Shown piece by piece: positions 1-8,885 of a DNA stretch of 64,000 nt. Numbering within the stretch: the first letter of the stretch is position 1; each line of letters opens with the position of its first letter. Position numbers and translations under genes: made by a program. Where the stretch lies: NCBI GenBank assembly GCA_039028615.1, contig JBCCHT010000025.1, positions 143,948-207,947 of the forward strand. Reading direction: 5' to 3'. This stretch comes from Myxococcota bacterium. GTDB lineage: Bacteria; Myxococcota_A; Polyangia; Nannocystales; Nannocystaceae. The notes beneath the pieces are model-generated. The model was not told the DNA's origin. It saw nothing but the letters and a program-made list of their open reading frames with translations, and searched no databases.

Positions 1-234
1 GCGGGCGTACAGCCGACGGTAGTTGCCGCGGATATACTCGTGCAGGAACTCGATGGAGATCGCCTGCCCGTCGGCACTGCCGTAGAACTCGCGCTGCCCC
101 GTGCTCGAGAACGCCGCGTTGACGAACGTGACCAGGTCCTCGCGCTCGACTCGAGAGGCCGCGCGCGCCGAGCCGCCCTTGGGCAGTCGGTCGTGATCGG
201 GTACTTGGGTGCGAGGCGGGCTCTGGGTCGTCAT
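1..234 (-). CDS. Conserved hypothetical protein, N-terminal part (runs off the left edge)
   Basis: Manual translation from ATG at 234: MTTQSPP...EREDLVTFVNAAFSSTGQREFY...EFLHEYIRGNYRRLYAR, open to base 1; not in the ORF track because it is partial. Confidence 0.7.
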   Translation of the reverse strand, partial: MTTQSPPRTQVPDHDRLPKGGSARAASRVEREDLVTFVNAAFSSTGQREFYGSADGQAISIEFLHEYIRGNYRRLYAR

Positions 235-388
235 CGGAAGTCACCGAAGGGGTGGCTCGACGACGATTCGAGCACGAGTTGGAAGAAGCGCCGGCCGGGG
301 CGAGAAAGCGCGGATCACGTCAACGCGTCCAATCGAGTTCGGAAATCCGCACCGAAGTCCCGCAGCCGACCTCTTTGGCTTAACACGC

Positions 389-1555
389 CTACCGATGCGA
401 GGCCAGCCAGGTCGCCCACTTTTCATAGTCGTCGACCGCCCACTCCTGCTCACTCGCCCAGAACATCGCCCCCCACACCCGGGCGCGGATCGTGGCGTCC
501 TCGCCCCGCAGCGCCCCCATGACGATCGCCTCCCAGGCCTCGCGATCGGCGATGACCTCCTGACGAATGCGTCGGTACTTGTCGAGGTCCTCCTCGCCCA
601 CGCCCATGCCTTCGTCGGAGATCAGCATCTGCAGTGCCACCAACACGGCGTGCTGACGCTCCCACCACACCGTCGACTCGGTCATCTCGCGCAGGGCCGC
701 GGCGTCGGCAAAGGGGTTGGCGCTCTCTCGCTCGGGGATGCCGAAGTGGTAGATCTCGCCGCTCATCGCCTCGGACACGGAGCGCTTGGCATCCATGGTC
801 ACCGTGCCGGTTTGGCGATCCCAGGTGAAGTACCAGAAGCGACCGGGGCAGCCCGACGGGCAGTCGTCGCCCTCGCCGTACTCGAACACGACATGGGTGA
901 CCTCGGGTCGCTGCACGAGATAGGGCCGAGTCCCGCCGTCCATGGTGGGCATGTCCATCGCGGAGAAGGCCTTGTCCACGCCCTCGACCTCGAGCAACGC
1001 TTCGACCAGGTTCTCGTGGTCGAACTGCCCTTCGAAGTGCGCGGTGAGGCCCAAGAACGTGCTGACCTCGGTGTGGTGAACACCCAGCCGCTCGAGCGCC
1101 TGGTCGAGCGGCGCGTAGCCGAGCGGCTCGGGCAGGGCGGCACCGCGGCACTTCATCTGCTCCTCGAAATCCGAGGACTCGCCGATGGGCAGCCCCGTCG
1201 CCGCGACCGCCTGCGGAGAGAGCTGGAGCTCGATCTCCGGGTAGTGCGCGGCCATGATCGCGAAGGAGCGGAAGTCGATCTCGGGCTCGAGCTGGTGAAT
1301 CTGCTCGACCGCTTTCAGGGCCCCGGCCATCGCCTCGTCGGAGATGCGGATGTCCTCGGAGAGCCCCTGCAACATATAGAGCGCGGTGCGTTCCTCGATG
1401 AAGGGCTTGCGCGTAAGCGTGCTGGGCAGCTCCGAGGCCTGAGCGTGCCGGACCGGGCTCCCGCACTCTTCAGCCCTTCGCGGGGACGAATGCGCGCAGG
1501 CGATTCCCATCGCACCGAGCACCAGGACATGAACAAGGCCGCGTGATTGCATCAT
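389..1555 (-). CDS. Hypothetical lipoprotein
   Basis: 388 aa ORF, hydrophobic N-terminus ending GIAC (lipobox-like), internal GEGDDCPSGC motif. Confidence 0.65.
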   Translation of the reverse strand: MMQSRGLVHVLVLGAMGIACAHSSPRRAEECGSPVRHAQASELPSTLTRKPFIEERTALYMLQGLSEDIRISDEAMAGALKAVEQIHQLEPEIDFRSFAIMAAHYPEIELQLSPQAVAATGLPIGESSDFEEQMKCRGAALPEPLGYAPLDQALERLGVHHTEVSTFLGLTAHFEGQFDHENLVEALLEVEGVDKAFSAMDMPTMDGGTRPYLVQRPEVTHVVFEYGEGDDCPSGCPGRFWYFTWDRQTGTVTMDAKRSVSEAMSGEIYHFGIPERESANPFADAAALREMTESTVWWERQHAVLVALQMLISDEGMGVGEEDLDKYRRIRQEVIADREAWEAIVMGALRGEDATIRARVWGAMFWASEQEWAVDDYEKWATWLASHR

Positions 1556-1637
1556 GTCCGGGCTCGCTGGGACCGCATACCTAGCAGTACCAGATCCGCC
1601 CGGCCGTGCAACCGCCGCGGCCCCTTGCCGAGCGACT

Positions 1638-2027
1638 TCAGAACTCGTCGGCGATGCTGATGAAGCGCAGGTTGTTCGAGACCGCCTTGCCGATCTTGAA
1701 CGAGCCGCCGTCGATGAAGCTGTTCGTATCGCGGAAGGCGTCGTTATAGATGGCCGTCCACATCAGACCGCGGGGCTTGCCGTCACGGCGACCGGGGACG
1801 TCGGTGCCCGAGGTGAGCTTGATGCTGCCGCCCTGCGTCCCCATCCACGTTCCCAGCGACGACCAATACGCTCGAAAGGCATCGACACTCGGCTCACCGA
1901 GCACCTCTCTCACCCGGAGCTCGGTCGGATCGTCGAGCAATTCATCCAGTTGTGCTTCCGACATCACCGCGAACCTCACGAGTTCGATCCGCATCCGCTC
2001 CGCGAGCTGTTGATCTGAGAACGACAT
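1638..2027 (-). CDS. Hypothetical protein (129 aa)
   Basis: Protein-like composition from MSFSDQQ; start moved from 2117 to ATG at 2027. Confidence 0.55.
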   Translation of the reverse strand: MSFSDQQLAERMRIELVRFAVMSEAQLDELLDDPTELRVREVLGEPSVDAFRAYWSSLGTWMGTQGGSIKLTSGTDVPGRRDGKPRGLMWTAIYNDAFRDTNSFIDGGSFKIGKAVSNNLRFISIADEF

Positions 2028-2230
2028 TGCCCCGGCGTACGCGGCACGCCGCGATCCGTTACGAACATTTCGAGGGTGACGACACGCGAATCCGAGCAAC
2101 CGGAGGCCCGCGCTCATGGCCCTAGAACTGCTCTAAACCCGCGAATTCGACCAGTCGTCGGTTTTCGGTGGTCCACTGGGGCTCGAGATGACTCCAACAA
2201 CTGGCAGAGGTCCGTCGCATTGACGACGAG

Positions 2231-3703
2231 TCAATCAACTCGCCCGCGATAAACCCCACGACCGCCGTCTCCGCCGTCCGCGGTCGCGAACACGATGTCA
2301 CCATCGAAGGGGTCGCCCGCGTTGAGCCGCGGCGATTGTCGGTACGCATTCCAGTCGAGCGTCTGCCAGCTGCCCGTGGCCGGATCGATGAGCCGTAGCG
2401 CGCCGTGCTCGGTCGAGTCCTCGTTGGCGATGGTCAAGATCCGCTCGTCGGCCAGCCACCGTCGACTGGTGTGCACCCGATCGGCGACGCGCTCGACTTC
2501 GCCGCCATCGAAGGGCACGAAGCTCAGGCTGCCCTCGTTCGCCACGGGCACGTCGTCGGTCTCGAAGATCTCCACGCCGGAGCCACGGCGCGACACCGTG
2601 CCCTGATGGCGAGCGAAGACCCGCGGGGACTCGCCCGGCACCCAGCGCAGCTCCTCGGTCTCGCCGTCGACCCGCCGGGCCAGCCACAGCTCGCCATCAT
2701 CGAGCAGACCGCGAATGTCGGTCCGGGCCGGCGTGTCGATCCGAGCCCCGCCCTCGAGCCAGAACAGCAGCGGCCCCTGGTCGTCGTCGCGCACGAGCAG
2801 GTAGTCGCCCAGGTACGGGTTGGCCGTCCACTCGAGATGCGTATTGAGCAGGTGCGTGTCCGTGTGGTCTTCGCGATCGTGCAAGAAGACGGGGCCGACC
2901 GGCGTGTCGGGTTCACCCTCGGCGGGGTCGAGCGCCTGCCATACGAGCCAGCGACCGTCCCCCGAGGCCCGAAACTCGCGGACCCCGGTCAGCTCGGTGG
3001 TCACCTCACCGCCGTCGAGGTCGACGTGCTGCACCTCGCCCGCTTCGGTCAGCACGAGTGCCTCGCCGCCCTTGGCCCACAGCGAGGACGTCCAGTTCGA
3101 TCCCGGGCCGTAGAAGGTGTTGCGGGCGGTTCGAACGCCAGAGGCGAGGACCTCGGGCGTGTCCGCCGGATCGGCCGGGTCTCGCAGCAGCACCAGGTCC
3201 CCAAAATCGCGATCGACGTCGGCCTCGACCGTCACCAACCCGACATCCGTGGTTCGCAGCGGACACCAACCCCCGAAGATCTCCCGTGGCGCCTGCGCCC
3301 CGCTCGGGTCGATGACCCACGCTCCGTGCCCGCCATCGCTGCAGGCCACGTCGACGGCACCGAAACGGCTGGTCAGCGTGAGCCCGCGAGCCACGACCAG
3401 GGGCCGCTCCCCGCAAGGGTCGATGGCGTGGATCCGCAGCTCGAGGGTGGGCGGCAAGCTGGACAGCGGCAGGGCCGGGTCGACGACGAACGTGCTCACC
3501 AACACGCGCTCGGGGTCGGCCCCGCGATCGACGCGATAGGCGTGCTCACCCGCTTCCAGTGGCAGTAACCGATGCGGTCCATCGGTGCCGCAAACCGCGG
3601 ACCAGGTGGCGAGCGGGGGCTCGTCGACGACCATCGGATCGACCGCATCGTCGCGACACCCAGCCCCAATGAGGGTCATGCCGAGCGCGAAACGTCGAAT
3701 CAC
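2231..3703 (-). CDS. Hypothetical lipoprotein, probable beta-propeller
   Basis: VIRRFALGMTLIGAGC lipobox; beta-rich body with a TolB-like segment (SGDGRWLVW). Confidence 0.6.
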   Translation of the reverse strand: MIRRFALGMTLIGAGCRDDAVDPMVVDEPPLATWSAVCGTDGPHRLLPLEAGEHAYRVDRGADPERVLVSTFVVDPALPLSSLPPTLELRIHAIDPCGERPLVVARGLTLTSRFGAVDVACSDGGHGAWVIDPSGAQAPREIFGGWCPLRTTDVGLVTVEADVDRDFGDLVLLRDPADPADTPEVLASGVRTARNTFYGPGSNWTSSLWAKGGEALVLTEAGEVQHVDLDGGEVTTELTGVREFRASGDGRWLVWQALDPAEGEPDTPVGPVFLHDREDHTDTHLLNTHLEWTANPYLGDYLLVRDDDQGPLLFWLEGGARIDTPARTDIRGLLDDGELWLARRVDGETEELRWVPGESPRVFARHQGTVSRRGSGVEIFETDDVPVANEGSLSFVPFDGGEVERVADRVHTSRRWLADERILTIANEDSTEHGALRLIDPATGSWQTLDWNAYRQSPRLNAGDPFDGDIVFATADGGDGGRGVYRGRVD

Positions 3704-3815
3704 GCGTCCAGCATAGCAGCCGAGCGAACCACGCCAGTGGGGGCCCGTAGCCCGCGGCCGGTGCTGGGCGCCCCCACCCTCGACGGTCTTGCTCGGCCGC
3801 GCTAGCTTGGCACCC

Positions 3816-5081
3816 ATGGCTTATCGTTTGGATGGATTGAAGATGAAGATCGTCGCCGGGCTGGGCCTGTCGCCGCTGCTGCTGACAGGCACGTCGGGGT
3901 GCGTCTCGCGTTCGGTCGATGGTCCCGACGACGACATGGGCGGGGACGGCAGCAGCGGCATGGCGGAGACGTCGGGGTCCTCGGCCACGACCGCGATGTC
4001 GACCACGTCTCCCGTCACCACCCTGCCCCCCAGCGACGAGGGCACCACCTCGGTGCCGCCCGAGCAGATGTGCTTCCCCTCCGACGACTGGCTCGAGTGG
4101 GAGATCTGGTGGGGCGTCGATGCCAACGGCGACTGCGTGTGCGATCAAGAGTGCCAAATGGTCGTGCAGTCGCAGTGGGACGAGGAGAACTGCTGCGGCA
4201 GCTGCTGGTACACCTTTGGCGAAGTGCTCTGCTCCGAGCCGCTCGCCGGCCAGTGCCACTTCATCGTCACCATGTACGAGGAGGGCTGCGGCAAGGGCCG
4301 GCCGCTCATCGTGAACGACGAAGCCCGGGTCGCATGCGTGACCGAGCGCGACGACTGGCAGCGCGGCGACATGCCGCGGGTGGACGGTCTGTCCCCGAGG
4401 CAGCGCCGAGAGCTCGCCGCGTACTGGACCGATGCGGCACTCGCCGAGCATGCCTCGGTGGCCTCGTTCGCTCGCTTCATGCTCGACCTGTCTGCCCTCG
4501 GGGCTCCGCCCGAGCTGCTCGCGGACACCAGCGCCGCCATGCACGACGAGATTCGCCACGCCCAGGTCGCCTTTGCCCTCGCGTCGGGTTACGGCGGCAC
4601 GGCGGTGGGCCCCGGGCCCCTGCCCATGCACGGCCTGAACGCGGGGCAGAGCGCCGAGTCCATCGTGCGGGCCGCGGTGCGCGAGGGGTGCGTCGAAGAG
4701 ACGCTCGCCGCGGCCGAAGCCGAGCTCGCCGCCCATCGTGCAACCGAGCCCACCGTCAAAGCTGCGCTCACGGCCATCGCCGAGGACGAGGCGCGCCATG
4801 CCGTGCTCGCGTGGCGCTTCGTGGACTGGGCAGTGCAGCAAGACCGCTCGCTGGCAGCGGCGGTGCGTGACGAATTCGATCGCGCCATCGCGGCGGCACA
4901 GCGTGCCTCCGTCGCCCCCAGCACCGACCTCGAGCCCACCGTGGCCGCCGCCCATGGCGTCCTGTCGGCGGACGCTCGCCACACGCTGCGCGCCCGGTGC
5001 CTGCGGGGCACGGTCGCCGTGTGTGCGAAGGCGATGCTCGTCGACCGTACCGACGTCGAGTCGGCGTCGACGCTCGCGTAG
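3816..5081 (+). CDS. Ferritin-like (diiron) domain protein with Cys-rich N-terminal region, likely lipoprotein
   Basis: TSGC lipobox-like site; GRP motif; AEHASVASF, DEIRHA, EGCVEET and DEARHA motifs. Confidence 0.75.
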   Translation: MAYRLDGLKMKIVAGLGLSPLLLTGTSGCVSRSVDGPDDDMGGDGSSGMAETSGSSATTAMSTTSPVTTLPPSDEGTTSVPPEQMCFPSDDWLEWEIWWGVDANGDCVCDQECQMVVQSQWDEENCCGSCWYTFGEVLCSEPLAGQCHFIVTMYEEGCGKGRPLIVNDEARVACVTERDDWQRGDMPRVDGLSPRQRRELAAYWTDAALAEHASVASFARFMLDLSALGAPPELLADTSAAMHDEIRHAQVAFALASGYGGTAVGPGPLPMHGLNAGQSAESIVRAAVREGCVEETLAAAEAELAAHRATEPTVKAALTAIAEDEARHAVLAWRFVDWAVQQDRSLAAAVRDEFDRAIAAAQRASVAPSTDLEPTVAAAHGVLSADARHTLRARCLRGTVAVCAKAMLVDRTDVESASTLA

Positions 5082-5161
5082 AGCGAGGCGGAGACCCCCG
5101 TGCAGCGGTACGGACCCTTCATCTTGTTCGTACCGCGGCATGGGTCTACGTTGGCCTCGCG

Positions 5162-6331
5162 ATGAATCGACGCTCGCGGTATTCGACTCTGGGTTGGGCC
5201 TTGGTACTCGCGAGCTGCGGCGGCAGCGAAACCGAGCCCGCCGATGCGGCAGGAAGCAGCGGGTCCTCGCTCGCCAGCTCCGATGGCTCCGCCGACGCAG
5301 CATCTTCGGGTGACGGCAGCGACGGCCCCACCGATCCCACCGACCCCGGGTCCACGAGCAGCGCGGACTCCAGCAGCGACGACGGCCCGCCGGGTGATTG
5401 CGAGGCCGAGGGTTTTCACGTCGACGGCGGTACGCTCTACGACGACCACTGCAACCCGTTCGTCTTTCGCGGGCTCAACTACCCCTACGCGTGGTTTGCC
5501 TGGCGTGACGACACCGAGCAGCAATTCGCCGATATCGCGGCCGCAGGGGCCAATACGATGCGGATCGTGCTGGCCAACGGCGAGCAGTGGGAGCGCATCG
5601 ACGGACGGCAGCTGACCCAGGTCATCGACTGGGCGAAGAGCCAGCGACTGGTCGTCGTGCTCGAGATCCACGACGCCACGGGATGGTCGGAGCAGGCCAG
5701 CGCGGCCGATCCTCAGACCGCGGTCGACTACTGGCTCAGCCCCGACATCCGCTCCGCGATCGATGGCAACGAAGCGTTCGTGATCATCAACATCGCCAAC
5801 GAGCCGCTCGGCAACGACACCACCGATCAGTGGGTGCCCTTCCACTCGGGGGCGATCGCCGAGCTTCGTCGGGCCGGCCTGCGACACACGCTCATCGTGG
5901 ACGCGCCCAACTGGGGTCAGGACTGGAGCGGCACCATGCGCGACGGCGTGGCGGCGCAGCAGATCTTCGACGCCGACCCCGATGGCAACGTCGTGTTCTC
6001 CGTGCACATGTACGACGTGTACGGCACGGAGCCGAGCGTGCAGAGTTACTTCGACGAGTTCCTCGCCTCGGGCCTGCCGCTCATCGTCGGCGAGTTCGCG
6101 GCCGACCACGGGCCGAAGAACCCGGTGGCGGCCGAAGCGATCATGGCCGCGAGCGAAGCGGCGTCGGTCGGCTACCTGGGGTGGTCGTGGTCGGGCAACT
6201 CGGCCGAGCTGGCGTCGCTGGACATCGTCGTCGATTTCTCCGGGGCCAACCTCTCGCCCTGGGGCGAGATGCTGGTCAACGGTCCCAACGGGCTGCAAGC
6301 CACCGCGCAGACCTGCAGCTGCTACGAATAG
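5162..6331 (+). CDS. GH5 glycoside hydrolase (endo-1,4-beta-mannanase-like) lipoprotein
   Basis: LASC lipobox; NIANEP (acid/base Glu), DAPNWGQDW, FSVHMY, IVGEF (nucleophile Glu), WSWSGN. Confidence 0.88.
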   Translation: MNRRSRYSTLGWALVLASCGGSETEPADAAGSSGSSLASSDGSADAASSGDGSDGPTDPTDPGSTSSADSSSDDGPPGDCEAEGFHVDGGTLYDDHCNPFVFRGLNYPYAWFAWRDDTEQQFADIAAAGANTMRIVLANGEQWERIDGRQLTQVIDWAKSQRLVVVLEIHDATGWSEQASAADPQTAVDYWLSPDIRSAIDGNEAFVIINIANEPLGNDTTDQWVPFHSGAIAELRRAGLRHTLIVDAPNWGQDWSGTMRDGVAAQQIFDADPDGNVVFSVHMYDVYGTEPSVQSYFDEFLASGLPLIVGEFAADHGPKNPVAAEAIMAASEAASVGYLGWSWSGNSAELASLDIVVDFSGANLSPWGEMLVNGPNGLQATAQTCSCYE

Positions 6332-6415
6332 GCGCGCATCCGCTGCCCCCGAGATAGCGAGGGCAGCCGATGCGCGCTGGAGGGTGGTGGAGGCAGGGGA
6401 GTACTGCCCCACCGA

Positions 6416-7453
6416 TCAGTTGACGGTCGTCTCGGGGGGGCCGTCGCCCTCGGGCTCGAACTCAGGATCGAGCACCATGATGAACTTGTCGAACTCGAGG
6501 CCGTCCTCGCGCATGCCGAACGCGATGGTGTGCACGCCCGGTGTGTCGATCTGCAGCCAGATGTTGGCGTCGCGACGGCTGACGCCGTTGGCCGCCGACA
6601 CGCCCGTGTGCTGAGAGCCGCCGCGGCGATTTTGCGTCCAGCCCCACCCGCCGGGGAACTGCATGCGCATGCTGCTGGGATCGATGAGGTCGTTCTCCGG
6701 CCACTCGCCGTCGAGCCCCACGTGGATCCCGTTGGCGGCCGGCCCCTGCCCTCGCGCCCGCGCCCAGACGTAGTAGCGACCGGTCTGCGTGAAGTTCACG
6801 CGGTACTCGAGCCGCGGCGCCTGGCTTTGGTTGTTGACCACGCCGAGGTTGCCCGTGTTCTGCTCGTGATCGGTCCGGCGACGATCGGGCAGCGGCTCGA
6901 CATAGGCCCCGCCCGCCGCTTCGGCCGGATCGATGTCGTCGCCGTCACAGGTCGGGTACTGGTTGCACTCGGGTCGATTGTCGTTGGTGCACGGCGTGTC
7001 GGTGACGCAGGTGACCTCGGGGTCGTCCACGCCATCTCGGAAGGTGTACCAGTACGCCTGCGTGAACTCGTTGTTGAGCTCGACGTAGTAGTGCTCGGCC
7101 TCCACCGACACGAGGCCGTCGACCTCTTCGAACTCCCAGTCCACCATGGGGCCGCCGGTCGAGCCGGTCTCGTCGCTGCCCGGTCCGGTGGTCTCGCTGC
7201 CGTCGTCGGACTCGTCGGAAGGATCGAAGGTCGTCGCCCCATCGCTCGTCTCGCCGGGCGTCGGGGTGGCATCATCGGTGGTCGCAACGGGCTCGTCGCC
7301 CGACGTGGATGCCATGCCCGAGCCGAAGCTCGGCGTGTCGGAGCTGCCTTCCGTGCCGACATCGCCACAGCCGGCGACGGCCAACAGAGTCACGAGGGTC
7401 GAGCTCGCGAGCAACGAGCGCGAAGCGAAGGTGGGTGTGGCTGAATCAAACAT
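6416..7453 (-). CDS. Lipoprotein with probable carbohydrate-binding beta-sandwich domain
   Basis: VAGC lipobox, Ser/Thr/Asp linker, VEAEHY...GRYYVWAR...MREDGLEFDK motifs; overlaps the DUF1552 gene end by 8 nt. Confidence 0.6.
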   Translation of the reverse strand: MFDSATPTFASRSLLASSTLVTLLAVAGCGDVGTEGSSDTPSFGSGMASTSGDEPVATTDDATPTPGETSDGATTFDPSDESDDGSETTGPGSDETGSTGGPMVDWEFEEVDGLVSVEAEHYYVELNNEFTQAYWYTFRDGVDDPEVTCVTDTPCTNDNRPECNQYPTCDGDDIDPAEAAGGAYVEPLPDRRRTDHEQNTGNLGVVNNQSQAPRLEYRVNFTQTGRYYVWARARGQGPAANGIHVGLDGEWPENDLIDPSSMRMQFPGGWGWTQNRRGGSQHTGVSAANGVSRRDANIWLQIDTPGVHTIAFGMREDGLEFDKFIMVLDPEFEPEGDGPPETTVN

Positions 7454-8885
7454 TGCGGAATCCCGTGATCTCGGTTGGTTGGTAGTCGGGCCATCGCTCG
7501 GGAATCCCCGAGTCCACGCCGTAGGCCGCCAGGGCCTGGTGATAGACGTCGGAGGGGATCAGCGGCTGGTCGTACCAGCCCGCGTTGAAGCGGTCGCCGC
7601 CGCCGAGCACGGCGTGGAAGGTGTCGGCCGGGTCGTGGTTTTCTCCGTACTCGGTCCCGAACAACACCAGGCTGTTGTCGAGCACCGTGCGCCCGTTGAG
7701 CTCGACGATCGCGTCCATCGCCCGCAGCGTCTCGGCCACCAGACCGATGGAAAAGTGCTGATAGCGGCGGATGTGCTCGGGTCGATAGTCGTGGAAGATC
7801 CGGTCGTGCGGGGTGCCGTCGCCCAGCACTTGCTCGAAGTCGAGGCTGCCGCCCAGGGCGTCGTAGACCCCGCTGAAGCGAATGTGACCGCCTCCGCCCA
7901 CGCTGAGCAGGCTGCCGAAGCGCACCGCGTCGCACGAGATGCCCAGGGCGAGGATCTCCCCGATGAGGGTCATCGCCTCGCGTGCGACCTGCCAGGCAAT
8001 CTGGGGCGCGCCGGGTCCGGTCGCTCCGTTGGCCGCGTCGTAGAACGAGTACCCGTCGGGGTCGTTGATGTCCCCCGCCTCGGGCGGGTCGCACACCAAG
8101 GGAATGTCGGGCTCTTCGTCGTTCGGCGCGAGCTGCGTCTCGACGTCGCGAATCGCCGACAGGTGGTTGTCGATCTTCGCCTTCGAGGCGGCCCCCAGCG
8201 GCGAGGCATCCGAGGTCAGGTGTTGGTACTGGTCGAGCACGCTGTCCAGCACGCTGCGATGCACATGGTTGCGAACCAGCTGATCGGGGTCCGGCTCGCC
8301 GCCGCTGCCCGGATCGGGGGGCTCGAACATCCCGAAGAGCAGGTCGAAGATCCGCGACGGACGTCGCTCGGGTCGCTGCCCTGGGCTGCCGTCCTCGTTC
8401 CAGTGGCGCGTGAACTGAGACACCGCGCCCGTGCGCGACCAGATGCCGGCCGAGATCTCGGGCACGGCCACGTTGGGCACCCCCGAGGGATGGAGCGCGC
8501 GCTTCATCACCTGCTCCATGCTCGGGCCGCCCGCCTGGTAGTTGCCGCCGTCGCCTTGCTGCGGCACCCCGGTGAAGGTCGCCGCCGACGTGCTGAAGTG
8601 CGGCGTCCCGCTCGCGCTCAGCGGCCCCCCGTCGACGCGGGTGAACATCGCCGCCTTGTCGGCAAAGGGCGCGAGCGGCTGCAGCGGGCCCTCGAACTGC
8701 TCGAGCTGCATGGCGCGGGCGATCCCCAGGCCAAAGGACATGGTGAAGAGCCGACACGGGGTGCCGTCGTCGGCCTCGGCGCGTGCGCTCGGCATGAACT
8801 CCTCGAGGAAGGGCAAGCCGATCGCGATGCTCCCCGCGCCGCGCAGCAAGTGTCGTCGAGTGAAGGTACGGGTCATCGTGCTCAC
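7446..8885 (-). CDS. DUF1552 domain protein, Tat-exported
   Basis: TRRHLLRG...LPFLE Tat-type N-terminus, GPSMEQ, SVLD, HLSAIRDVE, TVLDNSLV; GTGA overlap with the DUF1592 gene. Confidence 0.85.
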   Translation of the reverse strand: MSTMTRTFTRRHLLRGAGSIAIGLPFLEEFMPSARAEADDGTPCRLFTMSFGLGIARAMQLEQFEGPLQPLAPFADKAAMFTRVDGGPLSASGTPHFSTSAATFTGVPQQGDGGNYQAGGPSMEQVMKRALHPSGVPNVAVPEISAGIWSRTGAVSQFTRHWNEDGSPGQRPERRPSRIFDLLFGMFEPPDPGSGGEPDPDQLVRNHVHRSVLDSVLDQYQHLTSDASPLGAASKAKIDNHLSAIRDVETQLAPNDEEPDIPLVCDPPEAGDINDPDGYSFYDAANGATGPGAPQIAWQVAREAMTLIGEILALGISCDAVRFGSLLSVGGGGHIRFSGVYDALGGSLDFEQVLGDGTPHDRIFHDYRPEHIRRYQHFSIGLVAETLRAMDAIVELNGRTVLDNSLVLFGTEYGENHDPADTFHAVLGGGDRFNAGWYDQPLIPSDVYHQALAAYGVDSGIPERWPDYQPTEITGFRNV

